Virus record (IMG/VR): IMGVR_UViG_3300016263_000151
Location: 1-36,991 of that record
Source of the DNA: a virus
Taxonomy: Duplodnaviria; Caudoviricetes
Reading direction: 5' to 3' (one strand)
Length of the DNA: 36,991 bases
The position numbers and the translations under genes are program-made. Positions 23,554 through 33,507 of the stretch are shown piece by piece. Position 1 is the stretch's first letter. The number at the start of each line of letters is the position of its first letter. The notes under the pieces were generated by a model. It was given only the letters and a program-made list of their open reading frames with translations, searched no databases and had not been told where the DNA came from.

Positions 23554-26181
23554 ATGGCCGTCAAGATCCCCATCTATGAAGACCGCCTGACACCGAGTGG
23601 CTTTGGCGTCGTGCCGCGCGCGGCCAATGTCGAGTTTTCCGACGCGATCGGCCGCGGCATGCAGAACCTCGGAAACGCTGGCCAGGAGGTCGCCATCAGC
23701 GAGATGCGCGTGCAAAAGTACGAGGAGGAGCAGCGCAAGATCGCCGATGCAAAGCTGCAGAAAAAGCTCGACGACGACGCCATTGTTGCTGCCGGCAAGA
23801 CCATCTCCGACGCGGCCCTGCACTGGGACAGCTATCTGAAGAAGACGTCCGAGACGCCTGGCATGAGCTACGACGGTTTCATGCCCAAGACCGTCAAAGA
23901 GTTCGACGACTACGCCAAGACCACTTTGGCCGGCATCACCAACCAGAAGGCCCAGCAGTGGGCCGAGCAGCATCTCAACTCGATGCGCACCAACATCGGA
24001 ACGCGAGCCATCACCATGGAAGCGCAGGCCGGCGTTGCTGCGCGTGACGAGAACATCGAGCAGACCTATCAGAACCTGGCGCGCATCGCCGCTCAAGACC
24101 CGAGTCAATACGAGATCGGCCGCCAGATCCTGCTCTCGACCATCGCCAATGCTGGCTACGACCCGCAGACCCGCGTTGCGCGCGCCAAGACATATTTGGA
24201 GCGATATGGCGAGCAAGCGCTGACCGGTGAGATCGAGCGCAATCCAAACCCCGTCAAGTCGACCCTTGAGCGCGCCTACACCGGCTCGTTTGGGACCGCT
24301 GCCGACTTCGTGCTGAAGCAAGAGGGCGGGTATGTGGCCAACGACGCCGGCAAGGGTCCGACCAACATGGGGATCAACTCGCAGGCCAACCCCGGCGTCG
24401 ACGTCAAGAACCTGACGCGAGAGGGTGCCAAGGCGATCTACAAGAGCAAATACTGGGACGCGATCGGCGGCGACAAGCTCAACGAGCAGAGCCCGGCGCT
24501 TGCTTTGGTGGCTTTCGACACGGCCGTCAACATGGGGCCCGAGACTGCAAAAAAGCTCGTCGCCGAGGCTGGCGGTGACGTCAACAAGCTGCTGCAACTG
24601 CGCGAGCAGCGCTATGCCGACATCATCAAGAACGACCCGAGCAAAGCGCAGTTCAAGAACACATGGGCCAAGCGCATGTCCGAGCTGCGCGACGAGGTCA
24701 ATGCGACCTCTGGGCCAGCCGCTCCTGTGATCAGCTCGATTTCACGCGACATCAACGTCGATCGACTGCCGGCCTTCATCAACGCCGCCAACACCGAGGC
24801 CACCCGCCAGATGGGCGTCTATCGCAGCCAACTGCAGACGACCGAAGGCGATCACGTCGCCATGTACATGAACGGCCAGCCGCCTCAGAAGCCACTGACC
24901 GAGGGTGAGTACGTCAAGGCCTATGGCCCGGTCGAAGGACCGCAGCGTTTTGCCAACTATCAGCAGATCGCCGTGATGGGTTCCGACATCAACGCGCTGA
25001 AACTGCAGACGCCTGAGCAGATGGCCGCGGTCGCCGAGCGCTATCGGCCCGACCCGAACGCGCCCGGCTTTGAGCTCGCCACCAAGCGCTATGACACGAT
25101 CCTGAAAGCCATCGACCAGGTGAACCAGGCGCGCCAGGCCGACCCAATGGCTTATGCGCAGGCCACCAAGATTGGCGACGCCAAGCCGCTCAACTTCAAC
25201 GACCAGGCCGCCTTTGGCGCCGAGCTTAACAAGCGCACCGGTGTGGCCGCCACCATGCAGCAGACCTATGGCACGCCCTACTCCTTGCTGACCAAGGCCG
25301 AGGCGACCACGCTCAACGAAGGCTTTCAGCGCATGACCACCCAGCAGCGCCTGGGATACCTCAACACCATTCGCAGCTCGGTGACAGATCCGACCGCCTA
25401 TCGCGCCATCATGCAGCAGATCGCGCCAGACAGCCCGGTGACCGCCATGGCCGGCATGATCCTGTCGAAGCAAAACCCGGTGATCGTCAAGAACCTGATC
25501 AGCGCCGATCAGGTGTTTCAGCAGAAGGACGTCGCCGGCGTGATGCTTGAGGGCGAGGCGTTGCTGAATCCAAACAAGGCCGAAAAAACCGAGAACGGCA
25601 AGGGCAAGACGTTTCCCATGCCGAAAGAGCAGGACATGCGCGACCAGTTCACCAACGCTGTCGGCAAGGCCTTTGCGTCAGATCCGAACGGGGCAAATTT
25701 CGCCTATCAGGCGGTCAAGGCCTACTACGCCGGCCAGTCCGCGCGCGTGGGCGACGTCTCTGGCAACATCGACAGCGGCCGCATGAAGGACGCCATCACC
25801 GCTGTGATCGGTGGGGTGACCGACGTAAATGGCAAGGGCGAGGTGGTTCGTCCCTGGGGCATGAGCGAGGATCGCTTCATCAACGGCGCCAAGGCTGCGT
25901 TTGACGGCGCGATCGCCGCGGCCGGCTACAAGGGAACGCAGCTCGACGTCTGGGGCGCCTATGGCCTGCAGAGCGCTGGCGACAGCAAGTATCTGCTGCG
26001 CTCGGGCACGGGCTATCTGACCGACAGGACCGGCAACCCCATCGTGCTCGATCTGACCGAAAAGCCCGACTACTCGAGGCTCATCCCTGGTGGCGCGCCT
26101 GAGCCGCAACTCACGCCTCCGGCGACGCAAGCGCAAGGTAAGACCACCAAGCCCAACACCCAGCAGCCCAAGACCAAATGA
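23554..26181 (+). CDS. Internal virion protein with GH108-like muramidase domain
   Basis: VLKQEGGYVANDAGKGPTNMGI, YKSKYWD, FDTAVNMG at about 24300-24700. Confidence 0.8.
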   Translation: MAVKIPIYEDRLTPSGFGVVPRAANVEFSDAIGRGMQNLGNAGQEVAISEMRVQKYEEEQRKIADAKLQKKLDDDAIVAAGKTISDAALHWDSYLKKTSETPGMSYDGFMPKTVKEFDDYAKTTLAGITNQKAQQWAEQHLNSMRTNIGTRAITMEAQAGVAARDENIEQTYQNLARIAAQDPSQYEIGRQILLSTIANAGYDPQTRVARAKTYLERYGEQALTGEIERNPNPVKSTLERAYTGSFGTAADFVLKQEGGYVANDAGKGPTNMGINSQANPGVDVKNLTREGAKAIYKSKYWDAIGGDKLNEQSPALALVAFDTAVNMGPETAKKLVAEAGGDVNKLLQLREQRYADIIKNDPSKAQFKNTWAKRMSELRDEVNATSGPAAPVISSISRDINVDRLPAFINAANTEATRQMGVYRSQLQTTEGDHVAMYMNGQPPQKPLTEGEYVKAYGPVEGPQRFANYQQIAVMGSDINALKLQTPEQMAAVAERYRPDPNAPGFELATKRYDTILKAIDQVNQARQADPMAYAQATKIGDAKPLNFNDQAAFGAELNKRTGVAATMQQTYGTPYSLLTKAEATTLNEGFQRMTTQQRLGYLNTIRSSVTDPTAYRAIMQQIAPDSPVTAMAGMILSKQNPVIVKNLISADQVFQQKDVAGVMLEGEALLNPNKAEKTENGKGKTFPMPKEQDMRDQFTNAVGKAFASDPNGANFAYQAVKAYYAGQSARVGDVSGNIDSGRMKDAITAVIGGVTDVNGKGEVVRPWGMSEDRFINGAKAAFDGAIAAAGYKGTQLDVWGAYGLQSAGDSKYLLRSGTGYLTDRTGNPIVLDLTEKPDYSRLIPGGAPEPQLTPPATQAQGKTTKPNTQQPKTK

Positions 26182-29100
26182 GCTTCTTCGACCTCGATCC
26201 GACTGCCGGCCAGAACCTGATGGATCAGGCCAGGCTCAACCCGGTGAACCCCGAGGACATGAAGCCCGGGTGGTTTGCCGGGACGTGGAAGGCGCCCGTG
26301 ACTGGTCTGGCTTCCGCGGTCAACGATGCGGCTCTGTTACTGGGGGACGCCGCCACACCGGTGTTGCGCTCTACGGTGGCGCGTCCGATCGACACGCTGT
26401 TTGGCACCAAGACCGAGGACTGGCTGATCGGGCAGCAGCAGATCGCCCGCGACAACATCACCGCCTGGTCGCCTGACCCGCGCACCACCGGCGTCGTCGG
26501 CCAGGCTGTGCACGGCATCTTCAACATTGTGCCCGAGGCCGTCGCAGGTGGCCCAGAGGTCGCTGCGTTGCTGCAGGGCTACAAGGGCATGCAGGCAGGC
26601 CTGCAGGACGGCCTGGACCCCGGCACGGCCTTCGGCAAGGGCGCGATTGATGGCATCTCGACCTGGGTCGGCCTCAAGATCCCCATGACGCTGGCGCCGC
26701 AGCTCGGCGCGGCCGGCACGATCGGCACGGGCGCTGCGGGCAACCTGGTGACCGGTATGGCCACGAGGGGCGCGACAGGCGAGCTCCTGCGCGCGCGCGG
26801 CTATGGCGACATGGCCGACCAATACAAGGTGCTCGACGGCGCCGCGATCGCCACCGACCTGATCATGGGTGGAGCCTTTGGCGCCCTCGCCCACTACGGC
26901 CCCGCCGGCATGGCCAAATACAAGGAGTGGCAGAAAAGCAACGACGGCAAGCTGTTGAGCAGCGACGAGCAGACCGCGCTTTTCCTGAACGCCACACTGC
27001 ACGCCGAGCTCGACACCGCCCCGGGCATCCCCACCAACCCGGCCGCCCGGGCCGCGCATGCCGAAGCGCTCAACAAAGCCATGGCTGACCTGCTGTCGGA
27101 TAACCCGGTGACGGCGCCAGATGGCGTGACGCAGGCCGATTTCATCGACAACCCAACGGCCACGCAAACACGCGCCGAGATCATGACCACTGTCGAGGAG
27201 CACCTCGGCCCCGAGTGGCAGCAGCTCAAGGGCGAGCTCGAGGCCCGCGGTTTGCCTGGCGACACCACGCTCTACCAGGTCCGCACCGCGCCCGAGAACA
27301 TGGCGCCCGTGCGCCCGACCGCAGAGGTCAAAGGAATCATCGAGAAGGCCCGCGCCGAGGGCTGGGACGGCGAGCGCATCCTGTCCACCCTGGAAGGCCT
27401 GGCCGGTCGTCTTGAGCAACGCAACGCCGCCAACTTAGAAGCTCGCAAAGGCGACCGCGTGCGTGGCGAGCTCTGGATGCGCGAGCGTTTGACCCGCGCA
27501 GAACGCACTGGAGAGCTTTCTCCCGAGACGGTTCGTCTGGCCATGTGGCTTATCGACAAGAACCCGAACGTCGTGAGCGATTTGGCGCTGTCGATCCGTG
27601 GCAAGGGCGATGCCGGCGTCGGGGGCAACTACAACGTCGTCGAGCGCCTGGTCACGCTGATCAAGGGACGAGGCGACGACAGCACCGCCGTGCACGAGAT
27701 CCTGCACCACACCGAGCGCATGCTGCCCGAGCCTGTGCGCGAAGGCATCCGCCGCGCCTGGCTGAAAGAGCTGCGAGCCGTCGAGCGCTTCGCCAAGACG
27801 ACGCAGAACCAGACCCTGATGGTGGCCGTGGCCGATGCGCTGAAAGCGGCCACAGGTGACGACAAGGCGTTTGACCGTGTCGCCGAGATGATCAAAACCG
27901 GCGAGGTCAGCCAAAACTTCTACGCGCTGGTGAACCCGTCCGAGTTCTGGGCCGAAACGGCGTCGAAGATTATCCAGGGTCGTGCAGGCGCCGAAAGCTG
28001 GGTCGCCCAGGCTAAGCAGTGGCTGACAGAGTTCATTGAAAAGATCAAAGACGCCTTTGGCATGCGCAGTGACGCCGCGGTGATTCGAGGCCTGAACGCC
28101 GTCTTGAAGACCGAAGGCGACCTGTCCGGCAACATGCTGGCAACCAATGTGCGCCTGTATCCAGCAATCCGGCCAGGCGTCGAGGCGCCCGGTGTTGGCG
28201 TGGCCAAAGAGAACCTCAACGGATTTGAGCCGGATCTGCGCGTGAGCGTGCCGATTGGCCGCATAAGGCTGCCGGAAAAACCGCTCGTGCTGACCGGAAC
28301 CAACAAGAAGAACGCCGCCCGCCAGGTCGCAGCGATCGACGACATTCTGGCCAGGTTCCCCAACGCCGACGCGTCGCCGCTTGAGTGGTCGAAAATGATG
28401 GCCTACGCGATGGCCACCAAGGATGTGCCGGTCCCGCCCTATCGCTTCCTGTCGGACATCAACAGCGACGGCGCATTCAAGAGTCTGTCGCGTCTGAGCG
28501 CCGGCCAGATCGCAGACGCGAACCACGGTTTTGAGAACGCCCGCGCCTTCCGCGAGGCCTACATCGGCAAGCAGCTCGACGTGGTCACCACCGGCAAAAT
28601 GTTCCTGTGGTCGTTCCTGTCGCGCGGCGTGAGCCCCTACACCCAGGAAGGCCTGTTTATCGACGCTTTCCCGAGCGCTGGCGACTGGATCAAGAAGGCC
28701 GCAGAAGGCAACTTCACCGAAAAAGATTTTGCGGCATACGAGGCCTGGGCGAAGTCGGTTGCGCCGCAGGGATCTGGCCAGCCGGGATCTGGCGCCACGC
28801 ACAACCTCAACGCCTTCGGCAAGCTGTTCCTGTACAAGATGGGCGCCAAGGGCGAGGACGGCGTCTCGCTGCTGCAGAAGATGCACGACATGATGGAAGA
28901 CCCCAACATGACGGGCAAGGAGCTGCGCCGCTGGTTTATCCAGAACACCGAGGGCGTGGGCATCGACAACAAGGTCGTGTCCTTCACCATGCTGGTGGCT
29001 GGGTTTGACGACGTGATGGTGCTGGACCGCGTGCAGATCCGGCAGCTCTGGGACGACGGCCGGTTTGGCGATCGCAACCTGTATGACGGCCGCAAGGTCG

Positions 29101-29897
29101 ACGGGAAGCCTGTCGCCGGCTCTGCGCTGTCCGAGATCACCTACGGCGCCCGCGGCCTGCTGATATACGAGGCGATTGAGCGCGCGCTGGCCAAGCGCAT
29201 TGAGAACCTCTACAGCAGCCTGGGCCGCCCGCAGGACGCCAGCATTGGCCGCTATCACTGGGAAACCTGGGTGGCAGACAGCCAGCAGGAGGCCAGCCAC
29301 GGCACGCTGGACGCGATCCTGGCCGACGCCAGGGGTGACCAGGCGGCCATCTCCAACGTCACCGCCAAGGAGGGCGAATACGGCGGCTATGCCTACGGGG
29401 CGCGCTATGGCCGCGACGCCAATGGCCAGCCCTATTTCCTGTACACAACGCCCATGGGCAACGAATACCGGTTCGGTGTTGGGGCTTTCCGGGAGTTCTT
29501 GGAGGCGGTAAAATTACCAGCCAACAAAGTCGTGCCGACAAAGTTCAAAGTTACGGAGGCCGGAAATGCGCCCTGGTACCAAAGGCCGGAAGTCAACAAG
29601 CCAAACCTCGAAGCCCTCGCCCAGCGCTTTGCCGGAAAGCCCGGCGCGGGCGAAGGAGCGGGAGCTGTTCGCCCGGATGGCCAAGGTGAAGCAGTATCCG
29701 ATGGCGCCGGACGAGGAGCCGACCCCTACGGAGCCGACGCAGCAGTCCGCAACAATCCCAGCCTGACGGTCCCGATGGAAAACGGCGCCGAGGTTCCTGC
29801 CGCCCGAGCGCTTGCCCAGGCTGATGCGGAAATCGCAAAGGCGCAGCAGGATTCGCAAGGCTACGACGCAGCGGTCGCCTGCGCTTTAAGGGGCTGA
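26178..29897 (+). CDS. Large ejection protein with zincin (HEILH) and HhH-GPD/Ogg-like cargo domains
   Basis: Gly/Ala hydrophobic N-terminal third; HEILHH plus EFWAE; GIDNKVVSF...GFDDVMVLDR. Confidence 0.75.
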   Translation: MSFFDLDPTAGQNLMDQARLNPVNPEDMKPGWFAGTWKAPVTGLASAVNDAALLLGDAATPVLRSTVARPIDTLFGTKTEDWLIGQQQIARDNITAWSPDPRTTGVVGQAVHGIFNIVPEAVAGGPEVAALLQGYKGMQAGLQDGLDPGTAFGKGAIDGISTWVGLKIPMTLAPQLGAAGTIGTGAAGNLVTGMATRGATGELLRARGYGDMADQYKVLDGAAIATDLIMGGAFGALAHYGPAGMAKYKEWQKSNDGKLLSSDEQTALFLNATLHAELDTAPGIPTNPAARAAHAEALNKAMADLLSDNPVTAPDGVTQADFIDNPTATQTRAEIMTTVEEHLGPEWQQLKGELEARGLPGDTTLYQVRTAPENMAPVRPTAEVKGIIEKARAEGWDGERILSTLEGLAGRLEQRNAANLEARKGDRVRGELWMRERLTRAERTGELSPETVRLAMWLIDKNPNVVSDLALSIRGKGDAGVGGNYNVVERLVTLIKGRGDDSTAVHEILHHTERMLPEPVREGIRRAWLKELRAVERFAKTTQNQTLMVAVADALKAATGDDKAFDRVAEMIKTGEVSQNFYALVNPSEFWAETASKIIQGRAGAESWVAQAKQWLTEFIEKIKDAFGMRSDAAVIRGLNAVLKTEGDLSGNMLATNVRLYPAIRPGVEAPGVGVAKENLNGFEPDLRVSVPIGRIRLPEKPLVLTGTNKKNAARQVAAIDDILARFPNADASPLEWSKMMAYAMATKDVPVPPYRFLSDINSDGAFKSLSRLSAGQIADANHGFENARAFREAYIGKQLDVVTTGKMFLWSFLSRGVSPYTQEGLFIDAFPSAGDWIKKAAEGNFTEKDFAAYEAWAKSVAPQGSGQPGSGATHNLNAFGKLFLYKMGAKGEDGVSLLQKMHDMMEDPNMTGKELRRWFIQNTEGVGIDNKVVSFTMLVAGFDDVMVLDRVQIRQLWDDGRFGDRNLYDGRKVDGKPVAGSALSEITYGARGLLIYEAIERALAKRIENLYSSLGRPQDASIGRYHWETWVADSQQEASHGTLDAILADARGDQAAISNVTAKEGEYGGYAYGARYGRDANGQPYFLYTTPMGNEYRFGVGAFREFLEAVKLPANKVVPTKFKVTEAGNAPWYQRPEVNKPNLEALAQRFAGKPGAGEGAGAVRPDGQGEAVSDGAGRGADPYGADAAVRNNPSLTVPMENGAEVPAARALAQADAEIAKAQQDSQGYDAAVACALRG

Positions 29898-29898
29898 C

Positions 29899-32553
29899 AT
29901 GAGAGAGCGCTGCATCCAGGCCGTGTCCGACGCAATCGGGCGCGCCATCACCCAGCAAGAAGCGCAAGGCATCGAGGACCGGCTCCTCAAGAACATGCGC
30001 TTTGCCGCGGCCAAAGATCCCGCCGCCTTTCGCGCGCTGTCCGCCGACCAACGTCTCAAGGCCGCAGCGGGCCTAGCCGCCCAGGAGCTGGTGCAAGAGG
30101 CCGAGCTCAAAAAGCGCCGCATCGCCCTGACCATCCAGGCGCATGATCGCCTCTCGACCTTTCTGAACGACGCCAAGACGGCCGGCCTTGATGGCCTCGA
30201 CGCCCTGCGCCGCACCCTGGTCTTCGTCGCTGACGGCAAAAGCAACACCATGTCGGCCGAGAGCCGGGCCAACGCCGTGCGCGCCAACGCCATCCGACAG
30301 CTCGTCGATACGTTCGAGGCTGTCGACCCTCGGTTCTGGGGCCTGTTCGAGAGCGAGGAAGGCGTCAAGACGCTGACCCGGGCCATCTTTGGAGAGAAGA
30401 CGGGCGTGCCCGAAGCGGACGCCGGCGCCAAGGCCTGGCTGTCTGTGGCCAATCAGATGCGCGAGCAGTTCAACGAGGCGGGCGGCAAGATCGGCCTGCT
30501 GGAAAACTGGAACCTGCCGCAGCACCACAGCCAGACCAAGGTCAACAAGGCCGGCGCCAATGGCTGGATCGCCGACGTCATGGGCAAGCTCGACCGCAGC
30601 AAATACACCAACGACGACGGCACGGTCATGAACGACCAGCAGATTGAGGCCGTGTTGCGCAGCGCCTGGGTGACCATCGCCACCGGTGGCATCAACCAGA
30701 TGACGCCTGGCGGCCAGGGCCAATCCATGCTGGCCAACCGCCGCGCCCAGCACCGCGAGCTGCATTTCAAGGACGCCGACAGCTATCTCGACTACCAGGC
30801 CAAATATGGCGAGAAGTCGCTGTGGGGCGTTATTACCGGCCACGTCGAGGGCCTGTCCAAAGAGATCGCCATGCTGGAGACGTTCGGGCCCAACCCCGAC
30901 CAGACGTTCCGGCTGCTGATGGAGAAAGAGCTCCAGGCCGCCGCCATCGACGACCCCGCCAGCACTGCAAAGATGCAACAGCAGGCGCGCCGCCTGTCCG
31001 ACCTGTTCGATTTCGTCACCGGCAAGACCCAGCCGATCGTCAACGAGCACCTGGCCCAGACCTTCGACACGCTGCGCAACTGGCTGGTGGCCTCGCGCCT
31101 TGGTTCTGCCGTCATCACGGCGCTGACCGACGAGGCGACCCTGCACCTGACCGCCAAGGTCAACAACCTGCCCGAGATGCAGCTCATCCGCAACGAGCTC
31201 GCGGCGCTCAACGTGGCCAACAAGACCGAGGAGAACCTCGCGCACCGCGCAGGCCTCGGCGTCGACACGATGCTCAGCCACCTGAACCGCTGGGGCCAAG
31301 ACAATCTCGGTCCTACGTTCTCCAGCAAGATGGCCAACACGGTTATGCGCGCCTCGGGCATGGAAGCTCTGGACGGCGCGCGCCGCCGCGCGTTTGGCGT
31401 CACCATGATGTCGGCCCTGGGCGAGGTGGTGGGCAAATACGACAAGCTCGCGGATCTCGACCCGGTCGACAACCGCATTCTGTTGTCAAAAGGCATCACC
31501 GACGTCGACTTTGCGATCTGGAAGAAGGCGGAGCTCGAGAAGTGGGGCGCCGGCAACGGCGTGCTGACGCCCGAGTCGATCATGCGCCTGTCGACCCGAG
31601 ACATCTGGGAAGCGATCCAGCCGCGCATTCAGGAGCTCGTCGCCGAGAAGCAGGCCAAGATCGACGCCATCAACAAGATGGCCGCCATGACGCCGGAGGC
31701 GAAAGCCGAGTCGATCAAGAGCTGGTCCGACATCTACGACGACCAGATCGCCAACTTCGACGAGAAAGCCCGGCGCGAGGCCGTGCTGCGCCTGCTGGCC
31801 GTCGTGGGCGAAGAGACAGACATGGCCGTCATCCGGCCAGGCGCTGCTGACAAATTCCTGACGGGCGCCGGCATGGAGCGCGGCACCTGGAAGGGCGAGC
31901 TCACCCGCTCATTCTTTCAGTTCAAGGCCTTCCCACTTGCCATGATCGCGCGCCACTGGATGCGCGGCATGTCGATGGAAACCGCGGGCGGCAAGGCGAT
32001 CTATCTGGGCAGCCTGATCGCCGGCACCACGATCTTGGGCGCCGTGTCGCAGTCGATCAACGACCTGCTGCAGGGCAAGGACGTCCGCAACTACAACCCG
32101 ATGGAAGAGCACGGCGTAAAAAACTGGATGGCCGCATTCCTGAAGGGCGGCAGCCTGGGCCTGTATGGCGACTTTCTGTTTTCTGGGGCGACCCAGCACA
32201 ACCAGGCCGGACCGATCGCCGCGCTCCTTGGACCGGTCGCAGGCCTTGCCGAAGAGGCGTTCAAGCTCACCCAAGGCAACATCGTGCAGGCCATGCAAGG
32301 CAAGGACACCAACTTCGGCGCCGAGCTCGTTCGCTTCGTGAGAGGCAACACGCCGGGGGCCTCGCTGTGGTACGCAAAAGCAGCCCTCGACCATATAATC
32401 TTTCATCAACTGCAAGAGTATTTCAGCCCCGGTTACCTGGCTCAGATGCAGCGCCGGGCGCAGAAGGAATTTGGCCAGCAATACTGGTGGACCCCCGGCG
32501 CCGGAATCGAAGGGATGCGCGCCCCGAATTTGGCGCGAGCCATTGGAGAATAA
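29899..32553 (+). CDS. Large internal virion (ejection) protein
   Basis: 884 aa; LPQHH, HFKDADSY, FFQFKAFP, GGSLGLYGDFL, PGASLWY. Confidence 0.8.
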   Translation: MRERCIQAVSDAIGRAITQQEAQGIEDRLLKNMRFAAAKDPAAFRALSADQRLKAAAGLAAQELVQEAELKKRRIALTIQAHDRLSTFLNDAKTAGLDGLDALRRTLVFVADGKSNTMSAESRANAVRANAIRQLVDTFEAVDPRFWGLFESEEGVKTLTRAIFGEKTGVPEADAGAKAWLSVANQMREQFNEAGGKIGLLENWNLPQHHSQTKVNKAGANGWIADVMGKLDRSKYTNDDGTVMNDQQIEAVLRSAWVTIATGGINQMTPGGQGQSMLANRRAQHRELHFKDADSYLDYQAKYGEKSLWGVITGHVEGLSKEIAMLETFGPNPDQTFRLLMEKELQAAAIDDPASTAKMQQQARRLSDLFDFVTGKTQPIVNEHLAQTFDTLRNWLVASRLGSAVITALTDEATLHLTAKVNNLPEMQLIRNELAALNVANKTEENLAHRAGLGVDTMLSHLNRWGQDNLGPTFSSKMANTVMRASGMEALDGARRRAFGVTMMSALGEVVGKYDKLADLDPVDNRILLSKGITDVDFAIWKKAELEKWGAGNGVLTPESIMRLSTRDIWEAIQPRIQELVAEKQAKIDAINKMAAMTPEAKAESIKSWSDIYDDQIANFDEKARREAVLRLLAVVGEETDMAVIRPGAADKFLTGAGMERGTWKGELTRSFFQFKAFPLAMIARHWMRGMSMETAGGKAIYLGSLIAGTTILGAVSQSINDLLQGKDVRNYNPMEEHGVKNWMAAFLKGGSLGLYGDFLFSGATQHNQAGPIAALLGPVAGLAEEAFKLTQGNIVQAMQGKDTNFGAELVRFVRGNTPGASLWYAKAALDHIIFHQLQEYFSPGYLAQMQRRAQKEFGQQYWWTPGAGIEGMRAPNLARAIGE

Positions 32554-32556
32554 GCA

Positions 32557-33504
32557 ATGACCGTCACGACCCAGACATCCTCGGCAAGCTACCTTGGGAA
32601 CGGCTCAACGGTAGCCTTTACCGTTCCGTTTTACTTTCTGGCCAACACTCACCTGGAAGTTATCCTGCGCGATGCACAGGGCGTTGAGACGGTTCAGGCC
32701 CTGACCACCAACTACACGGTCACCGGCGCCGGCGTCCCGGCTGGCGGCACGGTCACTATGCTGGTCGCGCCCGTCACAGGCACGACCCTGGTGATTAGGC
32801 GCAATGTGCCGCTGACGCAGGAAGTCGACTACCAGGAAAACGACCCCTTCCCCGCCGCGACCCACGAGCTCGCGCTCGACAAGCTGACCATGGTCGCTCA
32901 GCAGTTGGACGGCGAACTGCAAAACGCCCTGCACTTTCCGGCGACGGAAACCACAAACGATGGCGAGCTTCCGATAGCTGCCGATCGAGCCGGCAAATAT
33001 TTGGGCTTTGACGGCAACGGCAACCCAATCTTGTCGGGGATCATTCCAGACAGCCGCTACTACGGAGCTTTGGCGTCAGACCCCTCGACGCGCCCCAACG
33101 GCAGCGCGATGGTGGCTGGCGACGCCTATTTCAATACGACCTACCAGGCGCTCTACATCTACACCGGTTCGGCGTGGACCGCGGCGCCTTATGTGGCGGA
33201 CGGCACCAGCCTACGCACCGGCACAGCCACTGCAGGCCAGACCGTGTTCAACGTCACTGGCGGCTACACCCCGGGCAAGATCCAGGTCTATGTCAATGGC
33301 GTGCTGCTCGACCCGGCCGACTACACGGCGACCAACGGCACAAGCGTCACATTCGCTTCAGCTCTGGCGCTCAACGACACCATCTCTGTGGCCGTTTTCA
33401 AATCGGTCGGCAGCGTCTCGATCAACGATGTGACGGGCATCACGTTCAGCACGTCAGCAGCAAGTGGCAGCGCCGTCGAAGGCGCGTTGTGGTTCAGGGT
33501 GTAA
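32557..33504 (+). CDS. Tail fibre protein with T7 gp17-like N-terminal adaptor
   Basis: YLGNGSTVAFTVPF, IRRNVPLTQ, ALDKLTMVAQQ, VYVNGVLL. Confidence 0.82.
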   Translation: MTVTTQTSSASYLGNGSTVAFTVPFYFLANTHLEVILRDAQGVETVQALTTNYTVTGAGVPAGGTVTMLVAPVTGTTLVIRRNVPLTQEVDYQENDPFPAATHELALDKLTMVAQQLDGELQNALHFPATETTNDGELPIAADRAGKYLGFDGNGNPILSGIIPDSRYYGALASDPSTRPNGSAMVAGDAYFNTTYQALYIYTGSAWTAAPYVADGTSLRTGTATAGQTVFNVTGGYTPGKIQVYVNGVLLDPADYTATNGTSVTFASALALNDTISVAVFKSVGSVSINDVTGITFSTSAASGSAVEGALWFRV

Positions 33505-33507
33505 ACC

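Noticed and set aside
27435-29300. 621-aa minus-strand ORF, and similar long antisense ORFs at 11602-13101, 15315-16361, 23380-24597 and 30073-31299
   Set aside because: Antisense shadows of high-GC3 plus-strand genes; no motifs or RBS
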